Positions 33,928 to 43,251 of a stretch of DNA of 64,000 nucleotides are shown one piece after another. The translations under genes were made by a program, and so were the position numbers. The notes beneath the pieces are model-generated. The model made no database searches. It saw nothing but the letters and a program-made list of their open reading frames with translations, and was not told where the DNA came from. Positions within the stretch are counted from its first letter, which is position 1. Each line of letters begins with the position of its first letter. Location of the stretch: positions 1-64,000 of IMG/VR virus record IMGVR_UViG_3300045988_173816. One strand, 5' to 3'. The DNA is from a virus.

Positions 33928-34141
33928 GGTAAATTATTGGAAGAACTGGATTGGCATAGGTTCTGAGTGGTTAACTGTCGATTTTGAGCCAATAGCAATA
34001 ATGGTTACAGACATTGTATATAATAGTGATACTGGCTCGATTGAGGTAGAGTATATCTCTGAGGATAATCCTCATTCGATTAACTTTAGTTCAGTAGATC
34101 AATTTGTAGATGGTCGTTTTATTCGCGATTATAGAAATTAA
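33905..34141 (+). CDS. hypothetical protein, paralog of the previous ORF
   Basis: Start moved to the ATG at 33905 behind RBS GAGGTGGAA; C-term VDQFVDGRFIRDY parallels LDEFLDGRFKRE. Confidence 0.55.
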   Translation: MGVTVEDKVNYWKNWIGIGSEWLTVDFEPIAIMVTDIVYNSDTGSIEVEYISEDNPHSINFSSVDQFVDGRFIRDYRN

Positions 34142-34160
34142 AAGTGAAAGCAGGAAACAC

Positions 34161-34499
34161 ATGAAAATTGTAAAACGTGATGGTGCAGTAGAAGACTTCG
34201 ATGCAAATAAGATTTATGGTGCTTTGATTAAAGCAGCGCAGTCTGTATTTGTAGTGAGTGATGATTTGAGACAGAATTTAGCTAGGATTGCACAGAGCGT
34301 AGCTAATCAACTTGAGGAGACGCACTCAGAGAATATTACTATTTCTATGATTCAAGCTTTGGTTGAGGAAAAACTCCTCTCCGCAGGGTATCTTCACATT
34401 GCTGAACACTATATTTCGTATCGTTTGCAACGAGACATTGATCGTACAGACTACAAGGATAATGTAGTTGTGCATTTGCATTTGGAACGCATTCGCTAA
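34161..34499 (+). CDS. stand-alone ATP-cone-like protein
   Basis: MKIVKRDGAVEDFDANKIYGALIKA resembles the N-terminal ATP-cone of ribonucleotide reductases and NrdR; start moved to 34161. Confidence 0.45.
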   Translation: MKIVKRDGAVEDFDANKIYGALIKAAQSVFVVSDDLRQNLARIAQSVANQLEETHSENITISMIQALVEEKLLSAGYLHIAEHYISYRLQRDIDRTDYKDNVVVHLHLERIR

Positions 34500-34535
34500 T
34501 AACTTCCTAATTGTTGAAAAGAAAGAAGAAATAAG

Positions 34536-35207
34536 ATGATTGATATGAGACTGTGGCACTTATACAAGCAGAAGTGGGTTTATGATTTTACACTTACGAG
34601 TGATGGATTGGTTTACTTAACTGAGTGGAACAAAAACTCCCTTTTAACTCCACAACCTTTTGAGAAAGCTGGAGTTGTACCTTGTCGAAAAACTCATTTG
34701 CTTTCCGATGAGGGTGAGCCGATTTATGAAGGTGATTATATTCACATTCGGTATCATTTACTTGGTTTGGACTTCAAACACTATGAGGGTTTTGTCACTT
34801 ATACTCCTTTAGGTTTCTACTTAACTAGTGTAGATGGTGCCGTTTTGCCTTTAACTGAGATTATAACTATGTCCTTAGAAGGTACTGTACATATTGACTT
34901 ATTAGGTACTCGTTTTGAAGATTATTATGAGCAATATAAAGAACTAAGTAAAATTGAATATGTAATTTCAGCAACCGGTGTTTCTTTAGGTATTCCAATA
35001 GGATTTCGTTATTACTATGCTGGTTTTAAGGATTTTGATGAAGAATTGAATTTTTTAGAGGATGAGAGTCCTCAAGCAGTTTGTCGTTATGATTCTTATT
35101 ATCTAGCAGTTCAAACTATGTTGAATTTAAGGTCTGAAGTTCCAGATGAGCGTTGGTACTTTAGAATTGAAATAGCGGGCACTAAGAAAGATGCACATTT
35201 GGAGTAA
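34536..35207 (+). CDS. hypothetical protein with a YopX-like core
   Basis: DEGEPIYEGDYIHIRY...GFVTYTPLGFYL. Confidence 0.4.
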   Translation: MIDMRLWHLYKQKWVYDFTLTSDGLVYLTEWNKNSLLTPQPFEKAGVVPCRKTHLLSDEGEPIYEGDYIHIRYHLLGLDFKHYEGFVTYTPLGFYLTSVDGAVLPLTEIITMSLEGTVHIDLLGTRFEDYYEQYKELSKIEYVISATGVSLGIPIGFRYYYAGFKDFDEELNFLEDESPQAVCRYDSYYLAVQTMLNLRSEVPDERWYFRIEIAGTKKDAHLE

Positions 35208-35211
35208 AAAT

Positions 35212-35616
35212 ATGAGTGATTTCCACCAAGAATTAGTAAACGCATACCCTTTGGTAAGTCAATTAAACGAACTAGCTTACAATTTAGTTTATCAAGATAC
35301 TTCTTTTCTTGACTTTGTAGATTCCATTTGTCAACAAGCTAATGTTGAGTATATAGAGTTTCGAGATAAACCTAGCACTATTCCTAGTGGTATCTTTGTT
35401 TTGCGCTTCAAGTACAAAAATATAAACAGTGAAATTGAAGTACATATTTTTGAGTTGGTCAGTAATGCCTTGCCTTACACAGATTACGATTTAGTTGGTC
35501 GCATTTCAGAAAAGATTGATGCTAGAAAGCGTGAGTTAGACGTTGTTTTAGGTAATTTAGATTATCAAATCAACCAACATTTAGAAAAAGTAGCAAAAAT
35601 CACAGAAAACCATTGA
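35212..35616 (+). CDS. hypothetical protein (134 aa)
   Basis: Start moved to the ATG at 35212 behind RBS GGAG. Confidence 0.6.
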   Translation: MSDFHQELVNAYPLVSQLNELAYNLVYQDTSFLDFVDSICQQANVEYIEFRDKPSTIPSGIFVLRFKYKNINSEIEVHIFELVSNALPYTDYDLVGRISEKIDARKRELDVVLGNLDYQINQHLEKVAKITENH

Positions 35617-35641
35617 CATTTCACTTAGTTTGTGCTATACT
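35613..35641 (+). promoter_or_regulatory. sigma-70-type promoter driving the 35.65-36.6 kb noncoding island
   Basis: TTGACA, 17 nt, TGCTATACT. Confidence 0.75.
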
Positions 35642-35649
35642 ATTTATTG

Positions 35650-36560
35650 TTGGTTGGTAATCGTTTGTGAATCTAACTTTAGTGATCGGTTGGATGATTT
35701 GGATACTTCACAACGATAAGGCTTACAGTTTGTGAAAGGACTGTAAGTCGTAGGTGTCTTACGACACCGAAAGACGTTTCAAATGAACTTCTTTTCTTTT
35801 TCGGATTTAGGACTGTCGAAGGTTCTAGGTTCGTAGGTGAGTTATAGTTCACCTAACGATTAGGGTTCATGTTTGAACCTCTAGTTTTATTTTGCGTAGG
35901 TACTTGTGAAAGGGTATCTATGCATAAAGTTGCTTCATTTATAGGTTGTAACTTTAGTTAGACATAAAAGTAAAACATGATAAGACTGAAATAGTCTTGG
36001 ATTGTATAGAGGGTAGTTGCAGTCGCCTCAACTCCGACTCTTGTGCAGTACACTGCACAAGAGTAAGGTGAGAAACAACATTAGTTGGAAACTTTAATTT
36101 TGTTAAGCAATTAAAGAACTGTTTCGTCTAATTGGTTTTCTGGATAATTTGCGTGATTCAGAAATACTTCCTTTCTATTTATTTTTGGCTTGCAATCTGT
36201 GATAGGATTGTGAGTCTTAGAAACCTATAAAGTTTCTAACTTACGTTTAAAAACGTTAAGTTCACCTTATATTATTTTGCTAGGTTACAGATTATAAAAG
36301 GTCTGTAGCTTATAGAAACTTTTAGGTTTCTTAACGTTCCTACGTGGTAGGTTCTCCAAATATTATTCTAGGTTGCAAATTGTCAAAGGTTTGCAACTTA
36401 TAGAAGCCTTTTGGTTTCTAAAACAATGATTTGATTCGTTGTTCATCGTTCTTCTTTAATTTAAATGGGTTGTAGACTGTCAAAGGTTTATGACTCTTAG
36501 GTAACATTGTTACCCTACTGTACCGAACTATCGGTACCTTTTAGACTGTCGAGATGATAG
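35650..36560 (+). ncRNA. About 0.9-kb ORF-free transcript with at least 7 hairpin modules bearing the loop TGTNAAAG, each followed by 1-2 further hairpins
   Basis: Hairpins at 35722-35747, 35808-35827, 35897-35920, 36189-36214, 36284-36309, 36372-36397 and 36469-36494. Loops are TGTGAAAG, TGTCGAAG, TGTGAAAG, TGTGATAG, TATAAAAG, TGTCAAAG, TGTCAAAG. Stems are all different but complementary. Box TTAAAGAACTGTTTCGTCTAATTG lies at 36111-36134. Confidence 0.6.
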
Positions 36561-36842
36561 GCGAAACCAATGAATAGAACACTTTTCTTAAAGTGCTTTT
36601 TCGTTGGTTTTTAAATACGGCTGAGAAGTCGCATAATTGGTTTTATAAGATTACCTCAAAAGGCTAGAATTGTTGTTAAACTAAGGTCTTAAGTAAATTT
36701 GTTGGTGGTTTGATTTTGGTTATCTTAGTAACTCTTCTTTAAAATTTGTTACACGCTAGTTTATCTAGCTTCTTTAAATACTAAATAAACTAAAACAGAA
36801 AGCTTTACAAAAGAAATAGACAGTTTGCAACAGTTCGGTTAA

Positions 36843-36899
36843 TTGCTAAGAAAATGCTTAAATAATGCTAAGAAAATTGCTAATTATTGCTAAGAAAAA
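36843..36899 (+). promoter_or_regulatory. Three (A/T)TGCTAAGAAAA direct repeats at exact 22-bp spacing upstream of the 36912 gene
   Basis: Copies start at 36843, 36865 and 36887, plus a partial TTGCTAATT at 36877; no TTGACA/TATAAT promoter here. Confidence 0.5.
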
Positions 36900-36911
36900 T
36901 TGAGGTAAAAC

Positions 36912-38288
36912 ATGGTAAAAATCGATCTAAATCAAATCTCTGCTGAACAAATGGCTCAAATGCAACAAGTGTTGGCTAAAGACACTGCGGGAGCTAAACG
37001 TTCACCACTTACTGAGCTTGGTGAAGAGCTTGGAATTCAAATTTTCAACCGTGCCAAAGACGGTTACACAAACCAAAAACTCTTGGTTTACATTCCTCGC
37101 ATGGGGTATCCTACTGTTGATGAAAAAGGTGACTTGATTCCGTTCCGTGTTCCTATGCGTAGCGTAACAATGAAAGCCTTCAACAACGGTGATTCTAAGA
37201 GCAACTGGAAAGGTTCTATGCCTTACTTTGAAGAAGCTAAAGAAGAGAACCGTATCTTTGCACCTTGGGGTCAATCAGGTAACAATGAGTACCTTCGTGA
37301 CTACATTAGTGCTGCATTTGACATGCGCCGTGCGAAAATTGAGCTTGAAGTAGCTCGTCAAGGGTATTCTTCTGTTGCTGAGTTGGTTGCAAACGAACCT
37401 CAGTACAAAGAAGAAAAAGACTTCACTAAAACGTTTATGGAATATGTGTTCTTGCAAGTTCAAAGTAACTCAGACATGTGGTTCCCAATCGTAGTGATTC
37501 CTACTAAAAAGGATGCTCATGGTAAGTTCACAACTACACCAGAAACAAAACCTTTGCTTGATGAAGATGGAAACCCAACTTCTGTGACGAAACCAATTCC
37601 ACGTATTGACAATTATGGGAAACCTATTTGTGATAACGATGGAAACCAATTGTTTGAGGAACGTGTCTTTGCTCACACGATTGAAGGCGAATTGAAGTGG
37701 CATAAACTCACTACAAAAGCTTTCACTGAAAAATTGGTGAAAGCCCTAGAGTTGCAAGCACAACAACCGGGTATCACTGAGCTTGGTGGGTTCTTCGTTC
37801 TCTTCAATTATGAAATTGACGAGAAAGCTCTTGAAAAAGCGAAGAACAACGGTGGTGCTGCTTACGAAAGTGAAGATTCTAAGTCAGGTGCTTCATTGAA
37901 TATTCAAGTTATGCAAAAAGTGGCTCCGTTCACAGACTTGTACGACTTGACTGAGTACCTTGGTCTTCAAGAGCAGTGGGATAAAGAAGCGCAAGCTCAC
38001 TACAACGCTCTTCATCTTGTACAGACTGTTCGTGCTTGTGAATTGCTTTCTGACGAAGAGGTAAATGACAAGCTGGATAAATTGTATGGTGGACTTGAGA
38101 AAGTGAAAGCTGAGATTGAAAACATTCAAGCGACTGCTGAAAACCTTAAAAAAGGTGTAGCAGCAGGTGGTTCGACTAACCATATCGCTAATTCTGCAGC
38201 TAACCGACTAGGTGCTAACGCTGGTCAACTTCCTCCAGGTGTGGATGTTGACCCAGCAAGTGCTTTGGATTTCGGTGCTGACGAATAA
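36912..38288 (+). CDS. abundant-looking protein with acidic C-terminal tail, possible ssDNA-binding protein
   Basis: Codon usage differs from neighbours (CGT, GGT, AAC, TTC rich); C-term DVDPASALDFGADE; replication/recombination gene context; function not established. Confidence 0.35.
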   Translation: MVKIDLNQISAEQMAQMQQVLAKDTAGAKRSPLTELGEELGIQIFNRAKDGYTNQKLLVYIPRMGYPTVDEKGDLIPFRVPMRSVTMKAFNNGDSKSNWKGSMPYFEEAKEENRIFAPWGQSGNNEYLRDYISAAFDMRRAKIELEVARQGYSSVAELVANEPQYKEEKDFTKTFMEYVFLQVQSNSDMWFPIVVIPTKKDAHGKFTTTPETKPLLDEDGNPTSVTKPIPRIDNYGKPICDNDGNQLFEERVFAHTIEGELKWHKLTTKAFTEKLVKALELQAQQPGITELGGFFVLFNYEIDEKALEKAKNNGGAAYESEDSKSGASLNIQVMQKVAPFTDLYDLTEYLGLQEQWDKEAQAHYNALHLVQTVRACELLSDEEVNDKLDKLYGGLEKVKAEIENIQATAENLKKGVAAGGSTNHIANSAANRLGANAGQLPPGVDVDPASALDFGADE

Positions 38289-38370
38289 AAACAAACACTC
38301 TATTTTAAGAGTCTTTAACCTTTAGACTCTCCTTAATTGGTAGAGAAGTGTATCTTATAAAACCGAGAAG

Positions 38371-38395
38371 GTCAAACCATTTGGGTTTGACTTTT
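38371..38395 (+). terminator. Rho-independent terminator
   Basis: GTCAAACC-ATTTG-GGTTTGAC followed by TTTT. Confidence 0.65.
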
Positions 38396-38482
38396 AATAA
38401 AGAAAGAAATTTCTTTATTTTCTCTAAGTTCCTAGCATTTTCTAGGAATTTTGCGAAGATAAAGAAGAAAGGAAGAACAAAT

Positions 38483-39928
38483 TTGGCAACAGTAGATGAA
38501 CTATTTGCTGACTTACAGGTTAGTAAAGGTGAGAGTAAGAGTGAGTTGAAGCAAACTTCACTATTTGACTCAGAAGAACATCGTAATTACCTAGAGGGTA
38601 TTATTGCTAGGGGTCAAAAATCCAAGTTATTGGCTTGGGAAATTGAGAACTTTGCTCAATATGAGAAAGAACGCTTTGAGTTTGGTTCTCATTGGGTTTT
38701 GTTATTGAAAGCTTTCAACTCAACTGGAAAATCCAACGCTTTAAAGGCTTTGGAATATAACCTAACAACTAAGGGTATCGGCTTGCAACTAGCGAAAGGT
38801 TTTATTAAACATGGAGCGTTAGAATCGAAGATTACAACTTTTTGGTCGGATGGTTTGGAAGTTGAGTATTACTTAATCCGAACTAGTTTGGGTGCTCGTT
38901 CAGTATTTAAGAATGGTTATAGAGTTTACTTAAATGAGGACGGTAAGCGCACTGAGGTATATAATACTCTTGTAGATGGTCGCTTTGTAAAAATAACTGA
39001 GATTCCAAGTTTCTTGAAACGTTACTTCAACTTAGCAGAGGTTGGAGGTCGTTACTTGAACTTAATGAGGGGTGCAGAAGGTCTTCCAGTATTGGAACAG
39101 TCTCCAGCTTCTCTTAATCGAATGCTATCTCAAGCAGCAGATTTAGAAACTGCAGAGCAAGCGATTAAACAAATGACGGATGATAACAAGGAGACGTTCC
39201 AACAGTTAGAGGTTGTGGAAGGTCGGATTCGAGTCTATTCACAAGATATTGTAGAGCGTAGGCACTTAACCAAAGAGGTTATTCGACAATTAGAGGGTAA
39301 AACAACTCAATTTGAGCTATTAGAAAAAGGCTCAGAGGGTATCCTTGCAGTTGCAAGCGACTTAAAAGCTATGTCGGATTTAGAAGGTACGACTATGGTT
39401 GAGGGAGTTGACTTAAAGGCACTTAACCAAGTTTACGCTATTCAAACCAAGTTAAATGAATTTGGCTCAGAAGTTTCATTACCAACGGTAGAAGTTGCGA
39501 ATTTAAGTGATTTAGCTACTCTTGATAAGATTTCAAAAGGCTTAGTTGCTTTAAATGAGGTTGAAAGTTTTGGACAAGCGCCTAGTGTCTCTTCCACTCA
39601 AGTTTTGAAAGTTGTTTCAACTTTAAACTCAGCTTTAGAAGATTTAGATACTGCACCTAGTTTTGGTTTAGTTGAAGAAAGTAGAAGTGATGAAGTTCTA
39701 TCTCTCTTGGCTTTAGAGTCTCAGTTCTCAGAATTGAGTACCTTGGATAAGCAGTTAGAACTTGAGGGTTCAGAGAAAGAGTCTTGCTTTAAAGAGAGCG
39801 AAGAACTCTTACAAGAGTTAAAAACCCAAGGGTATCCAGTAGGGGTATGTTCACACTGTGGTCATCTTTCAATTACTGAACCTTTTGAGATTGGTTCAAC
39901 CGTAGTGAATCCACATGAGCATAGCTGA
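38483..39928 (+). CDS. Rad50/SbcC-like ATPase, N-terminal half (Walker A, coiled coil, terminal CxxC)
   Basis: WEIENFAQYEKERFEFGSHWVLLLKAFNSTGKSNALKAL, a long heptad-rich region, CSHCGH near the C-term. Start set to the TTG at 38483 behind RBS AAAGGAAG (the track start at 38348 runs through the terminator). Confidence 0.55.
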   Translation: MATVDELFADLQVSKGESKSELKQTSLFDSEEHRNYLEGIIARGQKSKLLAWEIENFAQYEKERFEFGSHWVLLLKAFNSTGKSNALKALEYNLTTKGIGLQLAKGFIKHGALESKITTFWSDGLEVEYYLIRTSLGARSVFKNGYRVYLNEDGKRTEVYNTLVDGRFVKITEIPSFLKRYFNLAEVGGRYLNLMRGAEGLPVLEQSPASLNRMLSQAADLETAEQAIKQMTDDNKETFQQLEVVEGRIRVYSQDIVERRHLTKEVIRQLEGKTTQFELLEKGSEGILAVASDLKAMSDLEGTTMVEGVDLKALNQVYAIQTKLNEFGSEVSLPTVEVANLSDLATLDKISKGLVALNEVESFGQAPSVSSTQVLKVVSTLNSALEDLDTAPSFGLVEESRSDEVLSLLALESQFSELSTLDKQLELEGSEKESCFKESEELLQELKTQGYPVGVCSHCGHLSITEPFEIGSTVVNPHEHS

Positions 39929-39930
39929 GG

Positions 39931-39990
39931 AGTCTCAGATTGGCTCAGAATTGATTTTAAATTATCTTAGGTCTATTTCTACCTCTGAGA
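39931..39990 (+). promoter_or_regulatory. CTCAGAW repeats (two direct at 10-bp spacing, one inverted) upstream of the Mre11-like gene
   Basis: gtCTCAGATtggCTCAGAAtt ... cCTCTGAGATtt; the same word is repeated at 18947-18990. Confidence 0.4.
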
Positions 39991-40040
39991 TTTAAAATCG
40001 AATAGAGAGTAAATGAGAGCATTTTGAGAGGTAAGTAAAT

Positions 40041-41078
40041 TTGAAAAAAGTAATCGGCAACACCTCAGTTACTTTTGGAGACCGCCACATTGAAAATGTG
40101 TATAGAGGTCAACACATCAACTACCAAGAGAACTGTTATTGGTGTATGGATCAAACTTTGGAGAGGGTTCAACTCCTTGAGCCAGAGTTATATAATGAAA
40201 CAGGCGACTTTATTGGAGTCAGAACAGGGGTATCATGGCTCTCTGGCGACCGCATTATGTTGAGTCGCACTATGAAATTCTTAGATTCAATTAAAGGTCA
40301 CAAGGTCATAAATCGTGGAAATCATGACTTGCATGGGTCTGAGGAGCGAAACGACTACTTGTTCTTGTCTTCTCTTGGGTACTTTGACTCCCCAGCTCAT
40401 TTAGCAGAAGAGGACAAGCAAGTAGGTCGAGTGATGTTAGAGTCACCTGACTTGATTGACCCAGACACAAATGAACCTATGAGAGTGGTTTTCCACTATG
40501 TTCCTTACGGTAAAGAGTTTGAGAAATTGGATATTGTAGAAGGTATCACTAATATTGCGATAACTCACTATGATTTCCGAGTTGGTTTAACAAACTTTAC
40601 AAACAATCCTGAAGCGATTGACTTAACAACTCATGAACCGTTTTATGGAGTGGATTTGGTTTTAAATGGTCACATCCACCAACCAAGTGAGTTGAAAGCC
40701 TTTAAGACTGAGGGTGGTACGAAGTGCGCCTTTATGAATTTAGGTTGTATGGCTCGTCCGAAACGCTCAGAAGATTATAGCTTTGTATGGTGTGCAGTAG
40801 TGAAGATGCGTAAGAATCCAATTACAGGTTTACCAGAGGTTCACTTTGACCCACAAGTATTTGAATTAAAACCACCTTTTGAGATTTTCTTGGAGGAGAC
40901 AGAAGGTTCAGTAGCAGAACAAGTCAAAGCAGAGGGAAAACAAGCTCAACTCTCAGAAGCCTTAGAAGGGTTGAGAGATTTCAACTGGGCAGGGGTATCT
41001 CTCGCAGAGCGCTTAAATCTTATGGTCTTAGAACCAGAGATTAAAGACTTGATTAAGCACTACTTGGCGCTTAATTAA
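40041..41078 (+). CDS. Mre11/SbcD-like metallophosphoesterase nuclease
   Basis: INRGNHDLHG and LVLNGHIHQP phosphoesterase motifs; TTG start behind RBS GAGAGG. Confidence 0.65.
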   Translation: MKKVIGNTSVTFGDRHIENVYRGQHINYQENCYWCMDQTLERVQLLEPELYNETGDFIGVRTGVSWLSGDRIMLSRTMKFLDSIKGHKVINRGNHDLHGSEERNDYLFLSSLGYFDSPAHLAEEDKQVGRVMLESPDLIDPDTNEPMRVVFHYVPYGKEFEKLDIVEGITNIAITHYDFRVGLTNFTNNPEAIDLTTHEPFYGVDLVLNGHIHQPSELKAFKTEGGTKCAFMNLGCMARPKRSEDYSFVWCAVVKMRKNPITGLPEVHFDPQVFELKPPFEIFLEETEGSVAEQVKAEGKQAQLSEALEGLRDFNWAGVSLAERLNLMVLEPEIKDLIKHYLALN

Positions 41079-41219
41079 CAGTTATTTCATTATGAAGATA
41101 ATGATAGCAGTAGGTTTGTTGATTGTTTTTCAACTTTCCTACTTAATTTTAGAAATTGTGAAGTTTTCGTTAGTGAACGATAATCGAAGAAAACAAGAAG
41201 AAAATAGGAAGGACGTAAG

Positions 41220-41975
41220 ATGTCAGTAGAACAAACATTGGCTCGTTTGGAGTCATTAAATAAAAAAGCATTGGAACATAACCGTAAAGAGCAAGAAATT
41301 CGAGGGTCTAAAAAAGCACGTGTTCAAGCAATTTTGAAGGAAGTTGAAGTTCTTAACTCTCTTGGGTATCCGATTAAAATGGAGCTCGCTAGTGAAACTG
41401 AGTTCACAACAGAGTCGATTGAAGCTTACAAAGCACTTGCAAGTAAAATTTTGGCTGAGAAAGTTTCTGAAGCAGAGCGTTTAGAGAAGTTCTTTGAAGC
41501 TGTAGAGAAGAAAGACTATGACACCATTAAGGAAATTACAGGAGAAGATGTGTCTGCGGTTTCTTATGATGTTGAAGTAGCAGATAGTAAAGAAGTCAAA
41601 GCAGAAGCAAAAGAAATTACAAGTCAGATGCTCGACAATGATGCAGTCGTTGATATTGCAAATGGTGAGTCTCCTTTGATTCCAGAACCAACAAAAGAAG
41701 TTAAATTTGACGGGGTTTCAGCAACTGAACAAGTGGTATCTCCGACTTCTGTTGAGGTTCAAGTCGAAGAACAGACTCCAACTCAATCTACTGAGACTAA
41801 AACAGATACAAGTGCAGTAGACCTTCTGACAAATGCTTTCGGTAGTGCAACTACAACAGAAACAGTAGAGGTTGAAGTACCTAAAGCAGAAGAAACACCT
41901 AAACCAAGTGATACTTCAAATCCATTTGCAGATTTTAGTATGGGTTCTTGGGAAGATGGTTTCAAGTTAGATTAA
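41220..41975 (+). CDS. hypothetical acidic protein (251 aa)
   Basis: ORF track; RBS TAGGAAGGA. Confidence 0.7.
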   Translation: MSVEQTLARLESLNKKALEHNRKEQEIRGSKKARVQAILKEVEVLNSLGYPIKMELASETEFTTESIEAYKALASKILAEKVSEAERLEKFFEAVEKKDYDTIKEITGEDVSAVSYDVEVADSKEVKAEAKEITSQMLDNDAVVDIANGESPLIPEPTKEVKFDGVSATEQVVSPTSVEVQVEEQTPTQSTETKTDTSAVDLLTNAFGSATTTETVEVEVPKAEETPKPSDTSNPFADFSMGSWEDGFKLD

Positions 41976-41991
41976 GGAGAGCGTTTGAAGT

Positions 41992-43218
41992 ATGTTTTTA
42001 AAGATTGAATTTAACACTTTGGCAGAAGAAAGTCGTTTGCTGATTGATACTGTAAAGCGTTCTATGATTGACCCTCGAAGTAAAAATGTCGTTATTAAGG
42101 TAGAACCTAATGGTTCGGTATCCTTCCTAGCTCTTACGGATATTGTAGTAGCTAAAACAGAAGTTACTGCTTCTGCGGTAGAGGTTACGGACTTTGAGGG
42201 AGAAGAACCTATTTACTTCCAAGTACCAGCTCTTACATTAGAGAAATTAGTTTCAACTTATGCTGCAAGTGAATTAACTACGCCACTGAGTGTAACTTTC
42301 CATCCTCTAACGGATATTGAGGTTGCCATCACGGTTCAAGAAAGCTTGAAGTTACCAGACAAAGATGAAGAGATTCGCAACTCTTCTCTCATTGCAACTA
42401 CTTCACCGTTTTATGTTTCGGACTTGTACCGTTTGGAGTATATTAGCATTGCAGATAATGAAGAGGTTCCGTTTGTGGAGTTGACAGAGCAACAACGTGA
42501 GGATATGATTCAAACTTTGAATGACTTAGCTCCTTACACTCCAACAACGAATGAAATCCACAACGATTTAATGTTCAACCCAAGTACAAAGGCTTTGGAG
42601 TTCTACAAAGACACTTATATGCCTAGTGTTCAGAACAATATGGACTTCTTCTTGGAAGAAGGTGGTCTTCGTCCAATGAGTTTGATTGCTTTGAAAGACT
42701 TGTTGGCTAAAGGCTTATTCTCATTCTACAAAGATGAAGAAAAACACTTCTTTGTCTTGAAACAAGGTGCTACTGTATTAGGTGTTCTTTATGATGTAGA
42801 TGTGGCTTACCCACCAAACTCTTTGGATCAACTAGGCGACTTACCTTGGGTATCCTTGTCTCGTCCCCTTGTCGAAATGTACTTGAAGCGTATTAACGCT
42901 TTAAGTGGTCTTATGTCTGCAGAGCGTATTCAAGTTATTATTTCTGAGGATTTGAAGAATGTGACTTTCAAGTATGGAGACTTGGACTTAACTGCTCCTA
43001 TTGAACAAGTACATAAGGTGACAGAAGGTAACCAAGCGAAGTTGGAGCTAGGTGGTTTCCAATTCGGACTTTCGCCAGTTTACTTCGATTACTTGTTGTA
43101 TGGTAGGGGTGAGTTTGCTGATGATATTCGCTTTGGTTTTGCTGGTGCGGGTAAATATGTCTTTATCAAGAGTTTTGACTCATCTAACATTTGGTCGGTT
43201 GCTATGAGTAGTAATTAA
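41992..43218 (+). CDS. possible DnaN-like sliding clamp (408 aa)
   Basis: The N-terminal pattern (FNTLAEESRLLIDTVKRSM...VVIKVEPNGSVSFLALTDIVVAKTEV...FQVPALTLEKLV) resembles beta-clamp domain I; size fits. Confidence 0.4.
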   Translation: MFLKIEFNTLAEESRLLIDTVKRSMIDPRSKNVVIKVEPNGSVSFLALTDIVVAKTEVTASAVEVTDFEGEEPIYFQVPALTLEKLVSTYAASELTTPLSVTFHPLTDIEVAITVQESLKLPDKDEEIRNSSLIATTSPFYVSDLYRLEYISIADNEEVPFVELTEQQREDMIQTLNDLAPYTPTTNEIHNDLMFNPSTKALEFYKDTYMPSVQNNMDFFLEEGGLRPMSLIALKDLLAKGLFSFYKDEEKHFFVLKQGATVLGVLYDVDVAYPPNSLDQLGDLPWVSLSRPLVEMYLKRINALSGLMSAERIQVIISEDLKNVTFKYGDLDLTAPIEQVHKVTEGNQAKLELGGFQFGLSPVYFDYLLYGRGEFADDIRFGFAGAGKYVFIKSFDSSNIWSVAMSSN

Positions 43219-43251
43219 ACCAAAGTTAGTGAATAGAAAAAGGAGGTTTCC

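Noticed and set aside
36912-38288. Calling the highly expressed-looking 458-aa ORF a major capsid protein
   Set aside because: No neighbouring structural genes are present. It sits in a replication and recombination context and has an acidic C-terminal tail, which fit an ssDNA-binding role slightly better. The function is left open at low confidence.
38348-38482. N-terminal extensions given by the track (38348 for the Rad50-like ORF; likewise 7862, 10570, 21200, 27136, 27620, 34110, 35191, 58285 and 62319)
   Set aside because: The extensions run through terminators, promoters or upstream genes and lack an RBS. Internal starts with good RBS were preferred.
40075-40263. Plus-strand ORFs nested out of frame in longer ORFs (40075-40263, 46347-46529)
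   Set aside because: They are fully embedded in well-supported longer genes, lack an RBS, and have Cys/Arg/Lys-rich out-of-frame-like composition.
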